A stretch of DNA of 64,000 bases from Macrostomum lignano (taxonomy: Eukaryota): positions 116,984 through 180,983 of the forward strand of contig NIVC01001622.1 in NCBI GenBank assembly GCA_002269645.1, read 5' to 3'. Made by a program: the position numbers and the translations under genes. Positions 38,621 through 53,123 of the stretch are shown one piece after another. The notes beneath the pieces are model-generated. The model searched no databases and had not been told where the DNA came from. It saw only the letters and a program-made list of their open reading frames with translations. Positions within the stretch are counted from its first letter, which is position 1; the number at the start of each line of letters is the position of its first letter.

Positions 38621-39033
38621 TGTTTCTGCTGCTCATCCTGCCCATCACTATGGTGGTTGGCACTGTGACTCAGATCTCATCCGGCTGCCGAATCTGGTTG
38701 GACTCGCCCATCCTGCTCCTGGTCATCGGCCTGTGCTCAACCGTCATCGCAGTCATGGCGCCGCTGTTTCTCTTCCGACTGATGGGAATTCGCTGCCTTG
38801 AGGATCTGATCTCCATCTGCACGATTGCTGTCATCACCATTGCCCTGGGTGCCATCATCTTTGCGCTGTTGCTGGTGATCACCGGTGGCATGCTGTTCCA
38901 CCCGGAGAAGCAGGAGCAGCACCGGGTGTGCAGCCAGTTCATTAAGAAGTTCATCATTGCCAGCGTCGCGGTGCTTTGGTTCTTCATAGCGCTGGCTCTA
39001 CTGCTGTTCTGCTGCGACGTCATCATGTCCTGA
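38621..39033 (+). CDS. TMEM272-like 4-TM protein, exon 2
   Basis: Acceptor ttgccttccag| phase 1. Four hydrophobic segments; LPITMVVG...C...PILLLVIG resembles the TMEM272 pattern. TGA at 39031-39033. Spliced length 364 aa. Family call is by motif memory only. Confidence 0.68.
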
Positions 39034-41979
39034 CAGCCGCGGTAACAACCTGAAAGGGATATTTACTTTGAGTATAGAATTACAAATTGTCATTCTTATT
39101 GGGGGTGCTTCAAAAGAAAAATATTAGTTAAAATTCGGTTTTTTTGTCAGTGCAACGTACAGGGCAAGAGTATATGGTCTGATGTAAGCTAATTTTTTGT
39201 ATCGAATAAGTTTAGTTTTATTCGCAAAGCAAATGCAAAATGAGCGCACAATGATATCAAAACTACTATTGACAATTAGTGATTTTACAAGTGATTTTTT
39301 TACAATCCGGAATTCTATGCTTTCCCAACTGGTTATGAATAGTCTAACATGTTACTTGAAATCCTGCCTCAATAACACGAAAATCGATAACTTCAACTTG
39401 CAGCCTTCAGCATTGCTTCCTTGTACTGGGCTTGCAGAAATTGTTGCTATTTGAAAAAAAGGTAGAAATATTTCAAGTGGCATCTCTGCGTACACATCAA
39501 ACCAATGCAAAATGGAGTGCATCTGTATAATTCGGAGTTGACAAGCGGACAAACAGACTCATTTTGTGTGGAGTAAATAGCTGGAGTAGAGTCCATCGTA
39601 GAAGTCGGCGTTTGAATACGGCGACAGGAAACAGAATGGATGGTCCGGGACCATCGCTTGGAACAGAGCCAACCTCTCTGGCATCAACGCCCTCACAGGA
39701 CAAAAGGCGAGCATCGCAGATTCTCGCGGACGTCAGGAACCAGACCGTTTGAGGTAGAAGAACTGCAGACAACATCGCTGTAGCTCCCCATTGCCTGTCC
39801 ACCATCGCGATCTCAGTGCCTTGTCTCGAAGTCGTCCGGAATGCAGAGGCCGAAAAGCAGCTCGGCAGCATCCAGTCTGGAGCGACTCTGACGTCATAGA
39901 GAATGTTTAACGCAGCTGATAGTTTGCCGAGGCTGAAGTGCAGCTTTTATTGACGAAGAAGGACAAATTTTTCTTATCTGCTAAAGTACACTCAGATTAC
40001 TCACTACAGCTTGTGTTTCATCTGATTTTGCCAACAAAAAGCGGGTTTTTTGCTGAAGCATTTCTGCAAATACTTTATTTTCTGTCTTGGAGACAATTCT
40101 TCCCATATTTTGCCTCTGCTGAAGAGAAATCTCCCTATAGCGGTTTGATTTCATCGTTTTTGCTTAAAAACGCTTTGCCTATTTTCAAAGATACGAGACA
40201 GGGATACAGTGAGCTCACATCCTCTCTGAAGAAATGTGACAAGCTGAGCAATTTATAAAGTAATCTTTTCTTTCATCTCCCTGCATCTCCCTATTCTTTT
40301 CAGCAAATTCAAATCTATGCAAGCATCGGGGACGCATGAGAGAGGCTGTGGGTATTTTTGGTAGCGAGAAAGCAGATCGCCAGCGTTTAAATGCTTAAAT
40401 GCAGCCTCCCCCCCCCAGGTGATTCGTTTTTGAATTATGTAGCGCGCAAAACGGTGAGCTGGGGGAGTCGACCGGCTGTTTATTCCCCTCTTATCTCTCT
40501 CTCCCTCTATCCTCTCCATGCATAGTTCGGATACAAACGCAGTCAATACGCTTTGTGCATCTGGGAAGGGCTCAACTATAAGCCTCAAGCACCTGGGTCT
40601 GCACAGTCAAAGTCGAGTAGAAAGAGAAAGGATGGCGGACACAGAGAGCTGCACGCAAAACGCAGCAATAAGGTTGAGGGAAGAGTCGGAACACACCTGA
40701 AGTCCTAGCCTAAGCCCTCGACAGAGGAGAGAGACAGTTTAAGTTGAGGTTTAGTTAAACTCTGCCAATCTTCAGTGTCGCAGCGGTGTCTGCTATAGTA
40801 TTTGAACTTTGAGTACTCGTATAAGATGAAGCTAATTATGCTTAAATATGCACAATTTTTTAATACTCACAAGTGTTAAATAAAAAGAATGCTAATCTTC
40901 ACTGCACCAAATCAAATGCAATCATTGATTTTTCCTATCTCCGCAGTGTATTTTTTCGAGGAATTTGGCCTCCAAAAATACACGATCGTTGAGTTTAACG
41001 TCCTGTTTGTTATATTACAGTGATCCTTTGGGGGGGGGGGGATGGTAGCTAGTCCGTAAATCAAACTCTTAAGAAAAGAGGCCGAAAATAAATCTCAAAA
41101 AATGATTTTGACTGGCTAAGATTTTGGCCTTAGCCTGTCACAAATTATTGATTAATTTTGTCAGCTTTTCAGTGCGAATTTCCTTGGAATAAGAAGACTT
41201 AAAATTCTTCAACTCCACTGCCCAATACGCTGACAATCATTTTTGTCGTGAGCAGCATCTTGTTGGGCGTAAAAAATCAGACACTCTAGCTTATGTTAAA
41301 ACCGCAGGTTACAACAGCTTCTGTTACAGGCGTGCTGATCAGCTGACCGTCTCATGGCTTACATGTCCTATATACTATATAGGCTCTATCCAGACAGTCT
41401 TCTTATCTCTGGTCAAGGAGAACCACAGCTAGAATCAGGAATGACTTGCACAGCAGGAGCACAACAAGTAGGCTGTCGGCTGACTGACAGGCAGCGCAGA
41501 CAGCAGTTGATAATCACCTGACAGGTGGGAACAACCACTGCCCTGAGCTGCCCTCGGCGCCTTCGCCATTCTGTGAGACAGGGAGGCTGAATGCTCACCC
41601 ACGCGCCCCCTCACTGAGCCTCGTCCTCGCCTCACCTACCCAACTGTTCCCCAGCTACTCCCCATCCCATGCCTCAGCCTCTCATCTTCATTGCATCCTC
41701 TTCTTCTTTCTGTCGTCTCCGTTTTCTATTTCTCCCCTATCTTCCAGCGGGTTCCCAGAGCTCTGTTTAAATGTGAGCGCGACTGTCCCCATGTGTGGAA
41801 CGTTCACCTCGCACTAGAGTATCCAAAGTTCTTTGATTGCAGATCCCTCTGACTCCTCTGTTACTGCTGCTGTCCCGTTGACCCTGCCCGCATCCTAACT
41901 GGGGAGCTGAAAATTAATACACTGAGCGACTGGGAGAAGCGATCAAAGGCGTAAGAAGACACTGAAGAAAAGGTAATTG

Positions 41980-42518
<539 letters not shown>

Positions 42519-42732
42519 ATACACTTGTCCTATAGTCTAATATGCGGAATATGCAGCTCATTGAATTTTATTGAATGAAATGAATTTATTTCCTAAAAAG
42601 GAATTCATCAAAAAGTGAATTAAAAAGCCAAGAAAATCCTCATTGAAAAGATCGGAAGAAGTGATGGAAATTGCACTTTTGCCTAATTAATTCCAATGCT
42701 AAATGGCTAGTTTTTTACATTATTTTTTACAG

Positions 42733-43100
42733 AAGACAATCTGAAATTTAACTGCGACTTGTTAATCAGCAAGCAGGCAATGAGTCAAAGCTGGGACGTG
42801 GCTGTGAAGCCGAAGCTACTCACAGTAGTCAACTCGCACAAGATCGTTCGGGCACGGCAGTCGACTTTCACGCCGAACTGCCTGCAACGGTTGCGCGAGT
42901 TCTCCGCCCAGTGGCCGCAGGAAGCCAGCGGCAGTTCAGCGGCGGTTGGCGCGGATCCCGAAGCCTTCCAGGTGGCGCCCAGCGAAATTTTGCTGCCAGA
43001 CTTCGTCTGCGAGGTTCGGCTGGGGCCTCCGGTGGAGCCGCTTCGAGTGCTGCTGGTTCTGGCCGACTCTCTGGCGCTGCTCACCCACACTAATGCTCAG
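42733..43100 (+). CDS. PH-domain protein, first resolved coding exon (ATG 42780 or an unidentified upstream exon)
   Basis: Acceptor ttttttacag|, open frame, donor CAG|gtgtgt phase 0. Confidence 0.7.
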
Positions 43101-43124
43101 GTGTGTTGTGCTCTGCAATAATTC

Positions 43125-43811
<687 letters not shown>

Positions 43812-43845
43812 GAAATAACCTGCAACCGAAACAAACTCTCTGAAG

Positions 43846-44823
43846 GTCGCCGCCGAGATCACTCGCTGGACAGACCAGGTTATGAGCAAGGCGCAGTGGC
43901 AGGCACTGAGCAGCGAGATGACCTCGCACCTGACTGTGTTTCTCCACCACGCCAGGCTTGAAATCATCAACTGCTACTCAATTATGATCTCATCACAATG
44001 CCTCCGCATGGAGTTCACCCCAACCAGCTTCAACTCGCAGAGCCTATTCGAGCTGCTGTGCGCTGCCAAGCAGCTGGACCTTACCAGCTTGTTCGTGTCT
44101 CTGCCGCTGGAGGCCAAGCCCAACTTTCTTGGCCTGCAGTCGCAGTCGCGTCACGTTTCCCAGGCGTCCTTGCTGTCGCAGGTTCCGCTTTCGTCCAGTC
44201 CTTGCTCCACCAAGTTCTTTAAAAAGAAATTCGACTCGCTGTGGGGCTACTTCAACTTCAGCGCCCCGGTCATTGAGAACTCGAAAATGTTTTACGGGGC
44301 CATCGCCAATGCCGATCTGGAGAGCAATATGAACGTAGCCAGGAAGGCCAAGGCCAAGCGTCAGAAACTGTGGACGGTGCTGAAAGGCGGCACGATGTAC
44401 ATGTTCAAGAAGCGGAGCGGCGCCTGTAATGCCGAGTACGAAATAGACTTGGAAAGCTTATCGGAACTGGACGTGACTGAGGACACGGTGGGCGCCGGTA
44501 AGAAGGACCTTCTGGCTGGTGCCATAGCGATGACCGGAGGCGCGGCCAAAACTCTCGTGCTGCGCTTCTCAAACTCAAAGAAGTGCGTCTACCTGACACC
44601 GCTCGATCGGTTCGACTTCAAACGCTGGGAGGAGGCGCTCAACGCTGTGCTGCGCGGCGAGCGACGCCTCGAACAGCGCACGCTGGAGTGCATGAGCAAG
44701 CTCCAAGCCAGGCGCATTTCCGGCCTGAGCAACTCCTTTCACAACCTGTCCTCGGCGAATGACAGCAGACAGGAGTCGCCAACGACTTTCAGGCGAAACG
44801 ACGGCAAGCTCGGGCTTACGATA
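43846..44823 (+). CDS. PH-domain protein, large exon containing the PH domain
   Basis: ctgaag|VAAEITRW... KLWTVLKGGTMYMFK...EIDLESL...VYLTPLDRFDFKRWEEALNAVL has the PH pattern, including the invariant helix Trp. Donor ATA|gtaagt. Confidence 0.82.
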
Positions 44824-45298
44824 GTAAGTGAACCCCCCCCCCCGAACACACTGGGGAACGGCTATTCCTGACGGGTCTCCTCCGGTCCACTCAGTCTCCA
44901 TTCGCTTTGGCTTATTGCTCTTTCCATGCTCAGGGACACGCTGGGGCAACTCCCAGGAGAGCTCGCATCAAAGAAAAGCATAAAAATCCTGTTTAATTAT
45001 TTCTAATCATTCGATGTTTCTCCGCAAAATCTTTTAAGCTAGGCGCGCGACTTGCCCGGACAAAATAAACCACAAAGCAATGTGGCAACGACCAGTGAAC
45101 CTAAGAAGCCTGGCTTTAATTTATTAGTACAAGTCATTAGCCTAGGCATTCTGCACGAAGCTCTGCACAAAACACCAGAACTATGACCGACTTCGTACCG
45201 TTACAGGACGTATTAAAATCGTATAATAAGCTCGCATAGGCGTCTGCATTATTTACCAATCGTGTGCTGAATTTCAAACGCTTTCATTTACTTTTCAG

Positions 45299-45359
45299 AG
45301 CCGCGGAAGCCGAGAGATGATGGCTTCGTGCACAAACTTGGACGAGTTGGGAGGAAAGC
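45299..45359 (+). CDS. PH-domain protein, small exon
   Basis: cttttcag|SRGSREMMASCTNLDELGGK-C|gtgagt; phases 0 and 1 consistent. Confidence 0.65.
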
Positions 45360-45426
45360 GTGAGTCATGCGTCACAGTCCCTATCTCACAGCCTCTCGTT
45401 AGTTACTAACTTCATCAACCTTCTAG

Positions 45427-45471
45427 ATATTCGCCAAAACTATTTTATTATTGAAAACAATCCACTGAAAG
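45427..45471 (+). CDS. PH-domain protein, 45-nt exon
   Basis: ttctag|(H)IRQNYFIIENNPLK-G|gtaaga; phases 1 and 1 consistent. Confidence 0.6.
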
Positions 45472-45518
45472 GTAAGACAATGGGACTGTGGTTTCTTGAA
45501 TCGCTGTAAGCGTTACAT

Positions 45519-45845
45519 GAGGATGCTTCTCCACATTGCTTGTGGATGTCAGTAAATGAGGATGCTTCTCCACATCGCTTGTGGATGTCAGTAAATGAGG
45601 ATGCTTCTCCACATCGCTTGTGGATGTCAGTAAATGAGGATGCTTCTCCACATCGCTTGTGGATGTCAGTAAATGAGGATGTTTCTCCACATCGCTTGTG
45701 GATGTCAGTAAGTGAGGATGCTTCTCCACATCGCTTGTGGATGTCAGTAAGTGAGGTTGCTTCTCCACATCGCTTGTGGATGTCAGTAAGTGAGGATGCT
45801 TCTCCACATCGCTTGTGGATGTCAGTAAGTGAGGTTGCTTCTCCA
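45519..45845. repeat. 39-bp minisatellite, ~8 units, intronic
   Basis: gaggatgcttctccacatcgcttgtggatgtcagtaaat repeats. Confidence 0.95.
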
Positions 45846-46343
45846 AGACACTGTCTCCTTATGAGGCCTCTAGCGTGATAGTGTTCGATAGCGTTCTGGA
45901 ACACCTACCAGAAGGACATATAGCAGGAAGTTATTTTATCCAGCGAATGCTCACGTTTCACTAATCCAGACACGAAATAATCGAAATTTCGGTAAACTGA
46001 GCCTTGCTAACATCGATTTCAGACGCAGACGATCGATTTTAAGTCTTCTAGCTTCTAAATGAATGAAAAAGCCGAGAGAAACTCTATGAGAAGCGCTTGA
46101 TCGATCAGTTCGTGAAGCTGAAATATCTCTGCAAAAGGTGTACTGCAAAACTACTTTAATATAATAATGTGGGATTGAAATTTGCACGTATTATTTACAT
46201 AGGAATGTTTTCTAGCTTAGCTAAGCACCCTGTGCAAACGCGAAATGAGCTAGATGTACTTTTCAGACTCTTAGGTACACTTATTCAATGCTTATGGAAT
46301 TCCCGCTTCCTATGCTCTATTCCAATATTCCTGAGGAAGGTGC

Positions 46344-47121
46344 TGTCACATTCCTATATTCCTGAAGAGAGTCCTATGTCACATTCCTATATTCCTGAAG
46401 AGAGTCCTATGTCACATTCCTATATTCCTGAAGAGAGTCCTATGTCACATTCCTATATTCCTGAAGAGAGTCCTATGTCACATTCCTATATTCCTGAAGA
46501 GAGTCCTATGTCACATTCCTATTCCTATATTCCTGAAGCAGGTCCTATATGTCACATTCCTATTCCTATATTCCTGAAGCAGGTCCTATATGTCACATTC
46601 CTATTCCTATATTCCTGAAGCGGGTCCTATATGTCACATTCCTATATTCCTGAAGCGGGTCCTATGTCACATTCCTATATTCCTGAAGAGAGTCCTATGT
46701 CACATTCCTATATTCCTGAAGAAGGTCCTATATGTCACATTCCTATATTCCTGAAGCGGGTCCTATATGTCACATTCCTATATTCCTGAAGAGAGTCCTA
46801 TGTCACATTCCTATATTCCTGAAGCAGGTCCTATATGTCACATTCCTATATTCCTGAAGCGGGTCCTATATGTCACATTCCTATATTCCTGAAGCGGGTC
46901 CTATGTCACATTCCTATATTCCTGAAGATAGTCCTATGTCACATTCCTATATTCCTGAAGCGGGTCCTATGTCACATTCCTATATTCCTGAAGCGGGTCC
47001 TATGTCACATTCCTATATTCCTGAAGCAGGTCCTATGTCACATTCCTAGATATTCCTGAAGCGGGTCTTATGCTCTATTCCTATATTCCTGAAGCGGGTC
47101 CTATGTCACTTTCTATATTCC
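46344..47121. repeat. 33-bp minisatellite with 35/39-bp variants, intronic
   Basis: gtcacattcctatattcctgaagagagtcctat repeats. Confidence 0.95.
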
Positions 47122-47264
47122 AGAAACAAATTTGAAGTTTCCTTTAACAGCCTTACCTTGAGTTAATATTAATTTAGTAAATTTCCTTTCCTGTGCATCA
47201 TGTTTCATGTGGATGCATGCTTTCACAGGTAATTTTTGAAAATAAATCTGTTTGTCTTCTACAG

Positions 47265-47458
47265 CTTGCAAGCAATCGACAATGAACCGTCTGTTCAATG
47301 CAGAGTCGCCTGTCGGTTGCAGCAAGTACAGCGCAGTGGGAGCCTGCGGCTACACCAGCACGACCAATCCGATCATCACCGTGGATTGCATCGGCGACGA
47401 TCCGGACGAAATCGGCCGGAGAGACTTTGACGATGATGATGAGGGTCAAGACAGTCAG
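47265..47458 (+). CDS. PH-domain protein, exon with acidic stretch
   Basis: tcttctacag|(A)CKQSTMNRLF...DFDDDDEGQDSQ|gtgagg; phases 1 and 0. Confidence 0.7.
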
Positions 47459-47571
47459 GTGAGGTACCAGCTCGACAGCTGAACAGCTATTGCTCGGCGC
47501 ATTTGAAAACTGCGTACGGCTGTTCAGTCCAAGGACTGGGGGAGCGGGGGGGGTCGCCACACTCACCCTCA

Positions 47572-47736
47572 ATTACCCCAGCTAATGCTGGCACCCATTT
47601 TACAGCTGGGTGAGCTGAAGCAATGCAGAGTTTAATGTGTTGCTCAAGGACACAAATTGTTCCGAGTGGGTCGAGAATCAAACCCCTGACCTTTCAGCCG
47701 TGAGCCCGACGCTCTAACCATCCAGCAAGCTACAAC
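47572..47736 (-). mobile_element. tRNA-derived CORE-type SINE (family 1, copy 2), intronic
   Basis: The reverse complement aligns with 25481-25650 along its whole length. Confidence 0.85.
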
Positions 47737-48080
47737 TTATTAGTACGCATACTATAGATTGCTCAAAAAACATCGAATCCCAAAAAAAGCATTTTGCAGC
47801 AAAAGTTGCACGGTTTGCTAGTGCATAATAGCGTTCTTCTCGGTGAGCACTGTAGCTGTCAAAATGAACCCATCGCTAGCTTGACTTGCTGCTAAAAATA
47901 GAAAAAATGATACTCCAGTTCGTACGAGTATACTTCAGTACTTGCAATTAGGAGCGAGAAAGGCAAACCATGCAATAAAATGAATCTTACACTTCAGGTA
48001 ATTACTTCGTATTCACTCCGATCTCTAATCCTTCTAATACTTGTAGGAGCTTAGTCTACTTCAGATTATGTAATTTACAG

Positions 48081-48209
48081 CCAGTGTCAATTCGGAAATT
48101 GCAGCTAAAGAAACTGGAAATCTGGCGCTCGTCGCAGGAATCGATCGATCAGCTGACGCCGGAAGAAATTGCCGAACTCAGGCGTCGACGAATCTCAACC
48201 CAGATTCAG
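48081..48209 (+). CDS. PH-domain protein, penultimate exon
   Basis: aatttacag|PVSIRKLQLKKLEIW...RRRRISTQIQ|gtgaga; 129 nt, phases 0 and 0. Confidence 0.7.
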
Positions 48210-48775
48210 GTGAGAGCTCGTATACGGATGCACTTTCACCCTGACGCAATGACGGATTGACACTAAGTCAATTGTCACAAAGTAAATTATGCTACACAAT
48301 GCACTCATCGGTTTGTCGTTAATGGAGGACATCAACTTGTGAGTTGGACAATCCAGATATGGCTTCTCCAGGCAGTTTATTGTAGTCTACGAGCTACTTA
48401 ATATAAACGCTTAGTCGAAGGCTCCATGAGGATATTGTAGAGTTCATGTGATTTCTCCCTTCCTTCCCAGTTTTTTCAGACCCTCTAATGTGTGTAAAAT
48501 GTCCGTGATCACTGAGATTCATTTAAGCCTTCATTTATACAAGGAGTTTTATAATTAGCATCCAGAGTGGAAACGAATTTTTCTTTCAATTTGAACCCAT
48601 GAGGCTCAATTACTTATTGGTTCAAGATCTTTGACTGGATTATATCCAGCTCTCTACTAGTAGAACTCCTTGATTCTTATTAAGAATACTGCATAGGCGT
48701 GCAAATAATGGATGTCTATGGTAAAAAAGAGAGACTTTCGCGTTCGCACAATGGAGAGATAGAGTTAGCGCACCA

Positions 48776-49665
48776 ATGTCTATGGCATTATTGCAAGATC
48801 AAGCCGTGCATCTAAGGCATTATTGCAAGATCAAGCCGTGCATCTAAGGCATTATTGCAAGATCAAGCCGTGCATCTAAGGCATTATTGCAAGATCAAGC
48901 CGTGCATCTAAGGCATTATTGCAAGATCAAGCCGTGCATCTAAGGCATTATTGCAAGATCAAGTCGTGCATCTAAGGCATTATTGCAAGATCAAGCCGTG
49001 CATCTAAGGCATTATTGCAAGATCAAGCCGTGCATCTAAGGCATTATTGCAAGATCAAGCTGTGCATCTAAGGCATTATTGCAAGATCAAGCCGTGCATC
49101 TAAGGCATTATTGCAAGATCAAGCCGTGCATCTAAGGCATTATTGCAAGATCAAGCCGTGCATCTAAGGCATTATTGCAAGATCAAGCCGTGCATCTAAG
49201 GCATTATTTCAAGATCAAGCCGTGCATTTCTGAAATTATTGCAAGATCAAGCCGTGAATCTATATGGCATTTTTGCAAGATCAAGCCGTACATCTATGGC
49301 ATTATTGCAAGATCAAGCCGTGCATCTATGGAATTATTGCAAGATCAAGCCGTGCATCTATGGAATTATTTGATATTGCAAGATCAAGACGTGCATCTAA
49401 GGCATTATTGCAAGATCAAGCCGTGCATCTAAGGCATTATTGCAAGATCAAGCCGTGCATCTAAGACATTATTGCAATATCAAGCCGTACATCTATGGCA
49501 TTATTGCAAGATCAAGCCGTACATCTATGGCATTATTGCAAGATCAAGCTAGCCGTGCATCTAAGGCATTATTGCAAGATCAAGCCGTACATCTATGGCA
49601 TTATTGCAAGATCAAGCCGTACATCTATGGCATTATTGCAAGATCAAGCTAGCCGTGCATCTATG
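48776..49665. repeat. 32-bp minisatellite, intronic
   Basis: ggcattattgcaagatcaagccgtgcatctaa repeats; explains ORFs 49175-49740. Confidence 0.95.
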
Positions 49666-50760
49666 ACATTGACGACTAGTAGAGCCAACTGGTGTAGAAG
49701 ACTTCAAATTTACCACAGACAAAGTTCAATAATGCAATAATGCGCCATTGTCTGCACACTGATTGATCTACCAAGTATTTTTTATGTAAAGTATTATAAC
49801 GTCTATGGTAAAAAGATGATTAACTGCATTCACTTATTGGCTATATCATTCGGGAATGCGTCTATCACTAAGTTTTATTGTGTTCTCGTGCAGAGATGTC
49901 AATCCATCGTATGCACGCTTGAGCGTTGTACAATAGCAATTAGATTTGGCCATTACTATACAGTTGCTCCCGAATGTACATTTACCTCATTGACTTTCTC
50001 CCTACGCGCGCTCGTATTTCGGCTATTTATTCAATTCAGCAAGTGCATTGTATATGTATTTTGCCTATTCCGTATACGTGTTTGTACTTTGTATAGATAA
50101 TAAACGCGGCGGAAATGTCACGTGATGAAATTTGTACACAGGGTAAATGTACATTGGGGAGCAGCTGTGGAATAATGGCCAACACTTACTTACCATTGTG
50201 TCTGGGGGACAGTAAGCAATGAACGGCATTCTAGTTTTGTTAAAATTATTGTACATATCATAGGTTCTCAAGCTCAGTATTGAGAGAAATTAAATTCTCA
50301 AAATCTAATACAGTAGTAACTGCTACAGTTAATGGTGCGTAGAAAGCAGCCTAGGTATGTCCGAGTCCGCGGGAAGGCCTTAGCGAAATGAAAGCTCTCT
50401 CCCCCTCATATCGCAGCAGCTGCGGCACCCTTCTCATCCGTCTCACACAAACAAGCAGGCCAACTCAGTTGACAGGAGCGCCACCCAGAAGTCTCTAAGC
50501 CCCTCCCCCAGAGCCCAATTAGCGTCTCCAATTAGGGAAGCTTCATCAGCATAGGCTTCCTTTGTACGTTGGATTCGTACGGGGCTTGAGAATGCTTCTG
50601 CGACGGCCGCTGCGAGCTGTCGAAATGATCGAATTTTGCTTAGGGTCCACGAAATTCGATTCGTTTATAGTAATATTAGTAGTCAGAATCGATCCTAAGT
50701 AAATATAACTAACCTGCATAGATTCTGATGTCAAGGCCTGCGCAAGTACGTCAAGAGTTA

Positions 50761-50905
50761 AAGCAAGTATGTCATGAATTGAGCTAGTATGTCATGAATC
50801 AAGCAAGTATGTCATGAATCAAGCAAGTATGTCATGAATCAAGCAAGTATGTCATGAATCAAGAAAGTATGTCATGAATCAAGCTAGTATGTCATAAATT
50901 AAGCA
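50761..50905. repeat. 20-bp minisatellite, ~7 units
   Basis: aagcaagtatgtcatgaatc repeats. Confidence 0.9.
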
Positions 50906-50993
50906 AGTTTATGCAAGTCAAACTTTAACTTGCCAAGTACATGCAAACATTATCATGCTTAGTCGATAACGATCACCACCACATTCCCTGCAG

Positions 50994-51173
50994 CTCGAGA
51001 GTCTCCAATCAGAGATCAAGAAGCGCGAGATGCACCTGTCACCGCAGCAGATCCAGACGCTTAATCTTAAGATGTCTGATCTGTACGAGGACATCCAGGA
51101 CATGAGCATCACCATCTCAAAGATCGACAAGAAAGTCAAGTCGCCCAAGAAGCATAAGAAGAAAAGCCTATAG
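50994..51173 (+). CDS. PH-domain protein, last exon (coiled-coil plus basic tail)
   Basis: ttccctgcag|LESLQSEIKKREM...KIDKKVKSPKKHKKKSL*; phase 0. Model from ATG 42780 = 635 aa. Confidence 0.68.
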   Translation, partial: LESLQSEIKKREMHLSPQQIQTLNLKMSDLYEDIQDMSITISKIDKKVKSPKKHKKKSL

Positions 51174-53123
51174 TTATAGAAAAAGTTGACAGTACAATTT
51201 TAGTTTTAAAATATACTTTCTACATGTATCTGCCGCAATGTCGAGTTATTATCCATTCGTGTCGCTGTATTTTCCCAGACTTTATTCCCGCTTGCTTCAC
51301 TCTAACTGCGAGTTGAGTAACTGTACTTTTCGAATATTGAAACTTGTGAAAATTATTGGTCTCCAACTTCGCTGCATAATGCATTGGCGAGATGGGAAGT
51401 TGTAAGTTTCTTTATGTCAGTAAATTTACAACATGTCACCCCCCGATGTTTAGCCAAGCTAAAGGTAAGCTAACATGTATGTGTCGTGCCGCCCATGTTT
51501 ATCAAGCTGTATTTAAGAACTAGCTACTCAAGAAGGTCGGGGAACAACGTTTCTTGAAAATTTTTAGTAGGCAGATTTTTCCCGAAAATACATGTACGCT
51601 ACGGGGAATGGAAGTTTTCAGTTTTTCATTAAACTTTTTTAATTGCTTTTTATTAAAGACATAATGTTCATAATTTGATATGACTTGCCTTTCTTATAGC
51701 TCTACTGATTTTTGTAGAACCTGCCTCCTAAAGATTTTTCCAAGAAAGTTCGTTTCCTGTTCTTCTACTTGACAAAAAAGTAAATCTTTGCAAAGTCTGT
51801 TTAGAACTCACAACTGTACAGGTAATGCTACAACACTGAAAAATTACTACTTTTGCTAATGGGTTTTTTCAGCGAGCTAAAGTTTTCCGATTCGACCAAC
51901 TTTTATCGTGCTGTATGACTACAGTGGCGCGAATGACGTCTGCCAAGCAGCTTTAGGCAGTTACTTTTCGCCTATACATGTAACCGTCGGATGAAATAAC
52001 AGCAATGTCAAGTTGATCTACGTTCGAATACGTTAAGTCCATGCAGGATATAGCTAAGTCCGATTTATCCAGTAAAACTAAATACAATTATTGGTAGTTA
52101 AAGCTTTGTGCGTTAACTTCGCTATTAATTCAAATTCATATTAATTGCAACAATTACGAGACCTTCTCTGAATTTTTTACTACAGATACATGAAATCGTC
52201 CGTTTACATTTTAATAGAAGTGAAAAAATATCTTTTTTACTATTATTCAAAATTTCTCAAACATGTTTTGCTTCGCTTTTATTCTTCAAAACTAAAAGCC
52301 TAAAATAATGATTCCTAAGCGTGGAATAATGAGCGTACAGCATGACACAATGATTTTTACGAGTGCTAAAATTAACATTATTTATTATTGCTTGCTGTGA
52401 CGATACAAAAGTTCCACTAATTCGAGATTGTTATTAAAAACGTTCTCCAGAGTAAAAGTGAATTTAGTACTGTACATATGGCAACATCGACAAGAAACAG
52501 AAACAGAAAATAATTTTACTTTGATTAAACGACTTTAATTTCACATGTACATGCACTCCAGCTTGACAGTTAGCTATAGGTAACAAAGGCAATTCAAACA
52601 ATTTATAAGCATCTGCAATAAAGACCTTAGATTTCCAAAGCATTCAAAGAAAATCCACATTTAATATCGAATTTCTGTCACTAAAGATTCTTTCTAAAGC
52701 CGAAATCGTTAGTCACATTGAAGTCTCTCTTAAAACCGTTTTGTGTGATGACGCAGAACTGCTGTGCTGCCGGTGGAACCCTTGTGTTTTTGGCAAGCGA
52801 ATTCAGGGTGAAATAAGCGGCAAGGGATAGAGGGGAACGGCCTGTGTGTAATACCATGGCTTCCCGGCTTGTAAACTATTCGCTCTGGGAGCTTCGCTGT
52901 GTGTACAGAAAAGACCTTTTAAATTTCCCACGACCGAATGGATTGGATGCTATCGGCCCTTATCGGCTGCCCCCCCCCTCTCTCTCCCTAACCCTTAAAG
53001 CTTCCTCTAACCGAGTGTGTATCGTTTGGTACCATATATGTATTCTGCTGCTGCATTCTGCGACAGAATACCAGTGATCCACACGCGAAAGACTACCCTG
53101 GGCTTGCAGTCAGATCGTCTTCA

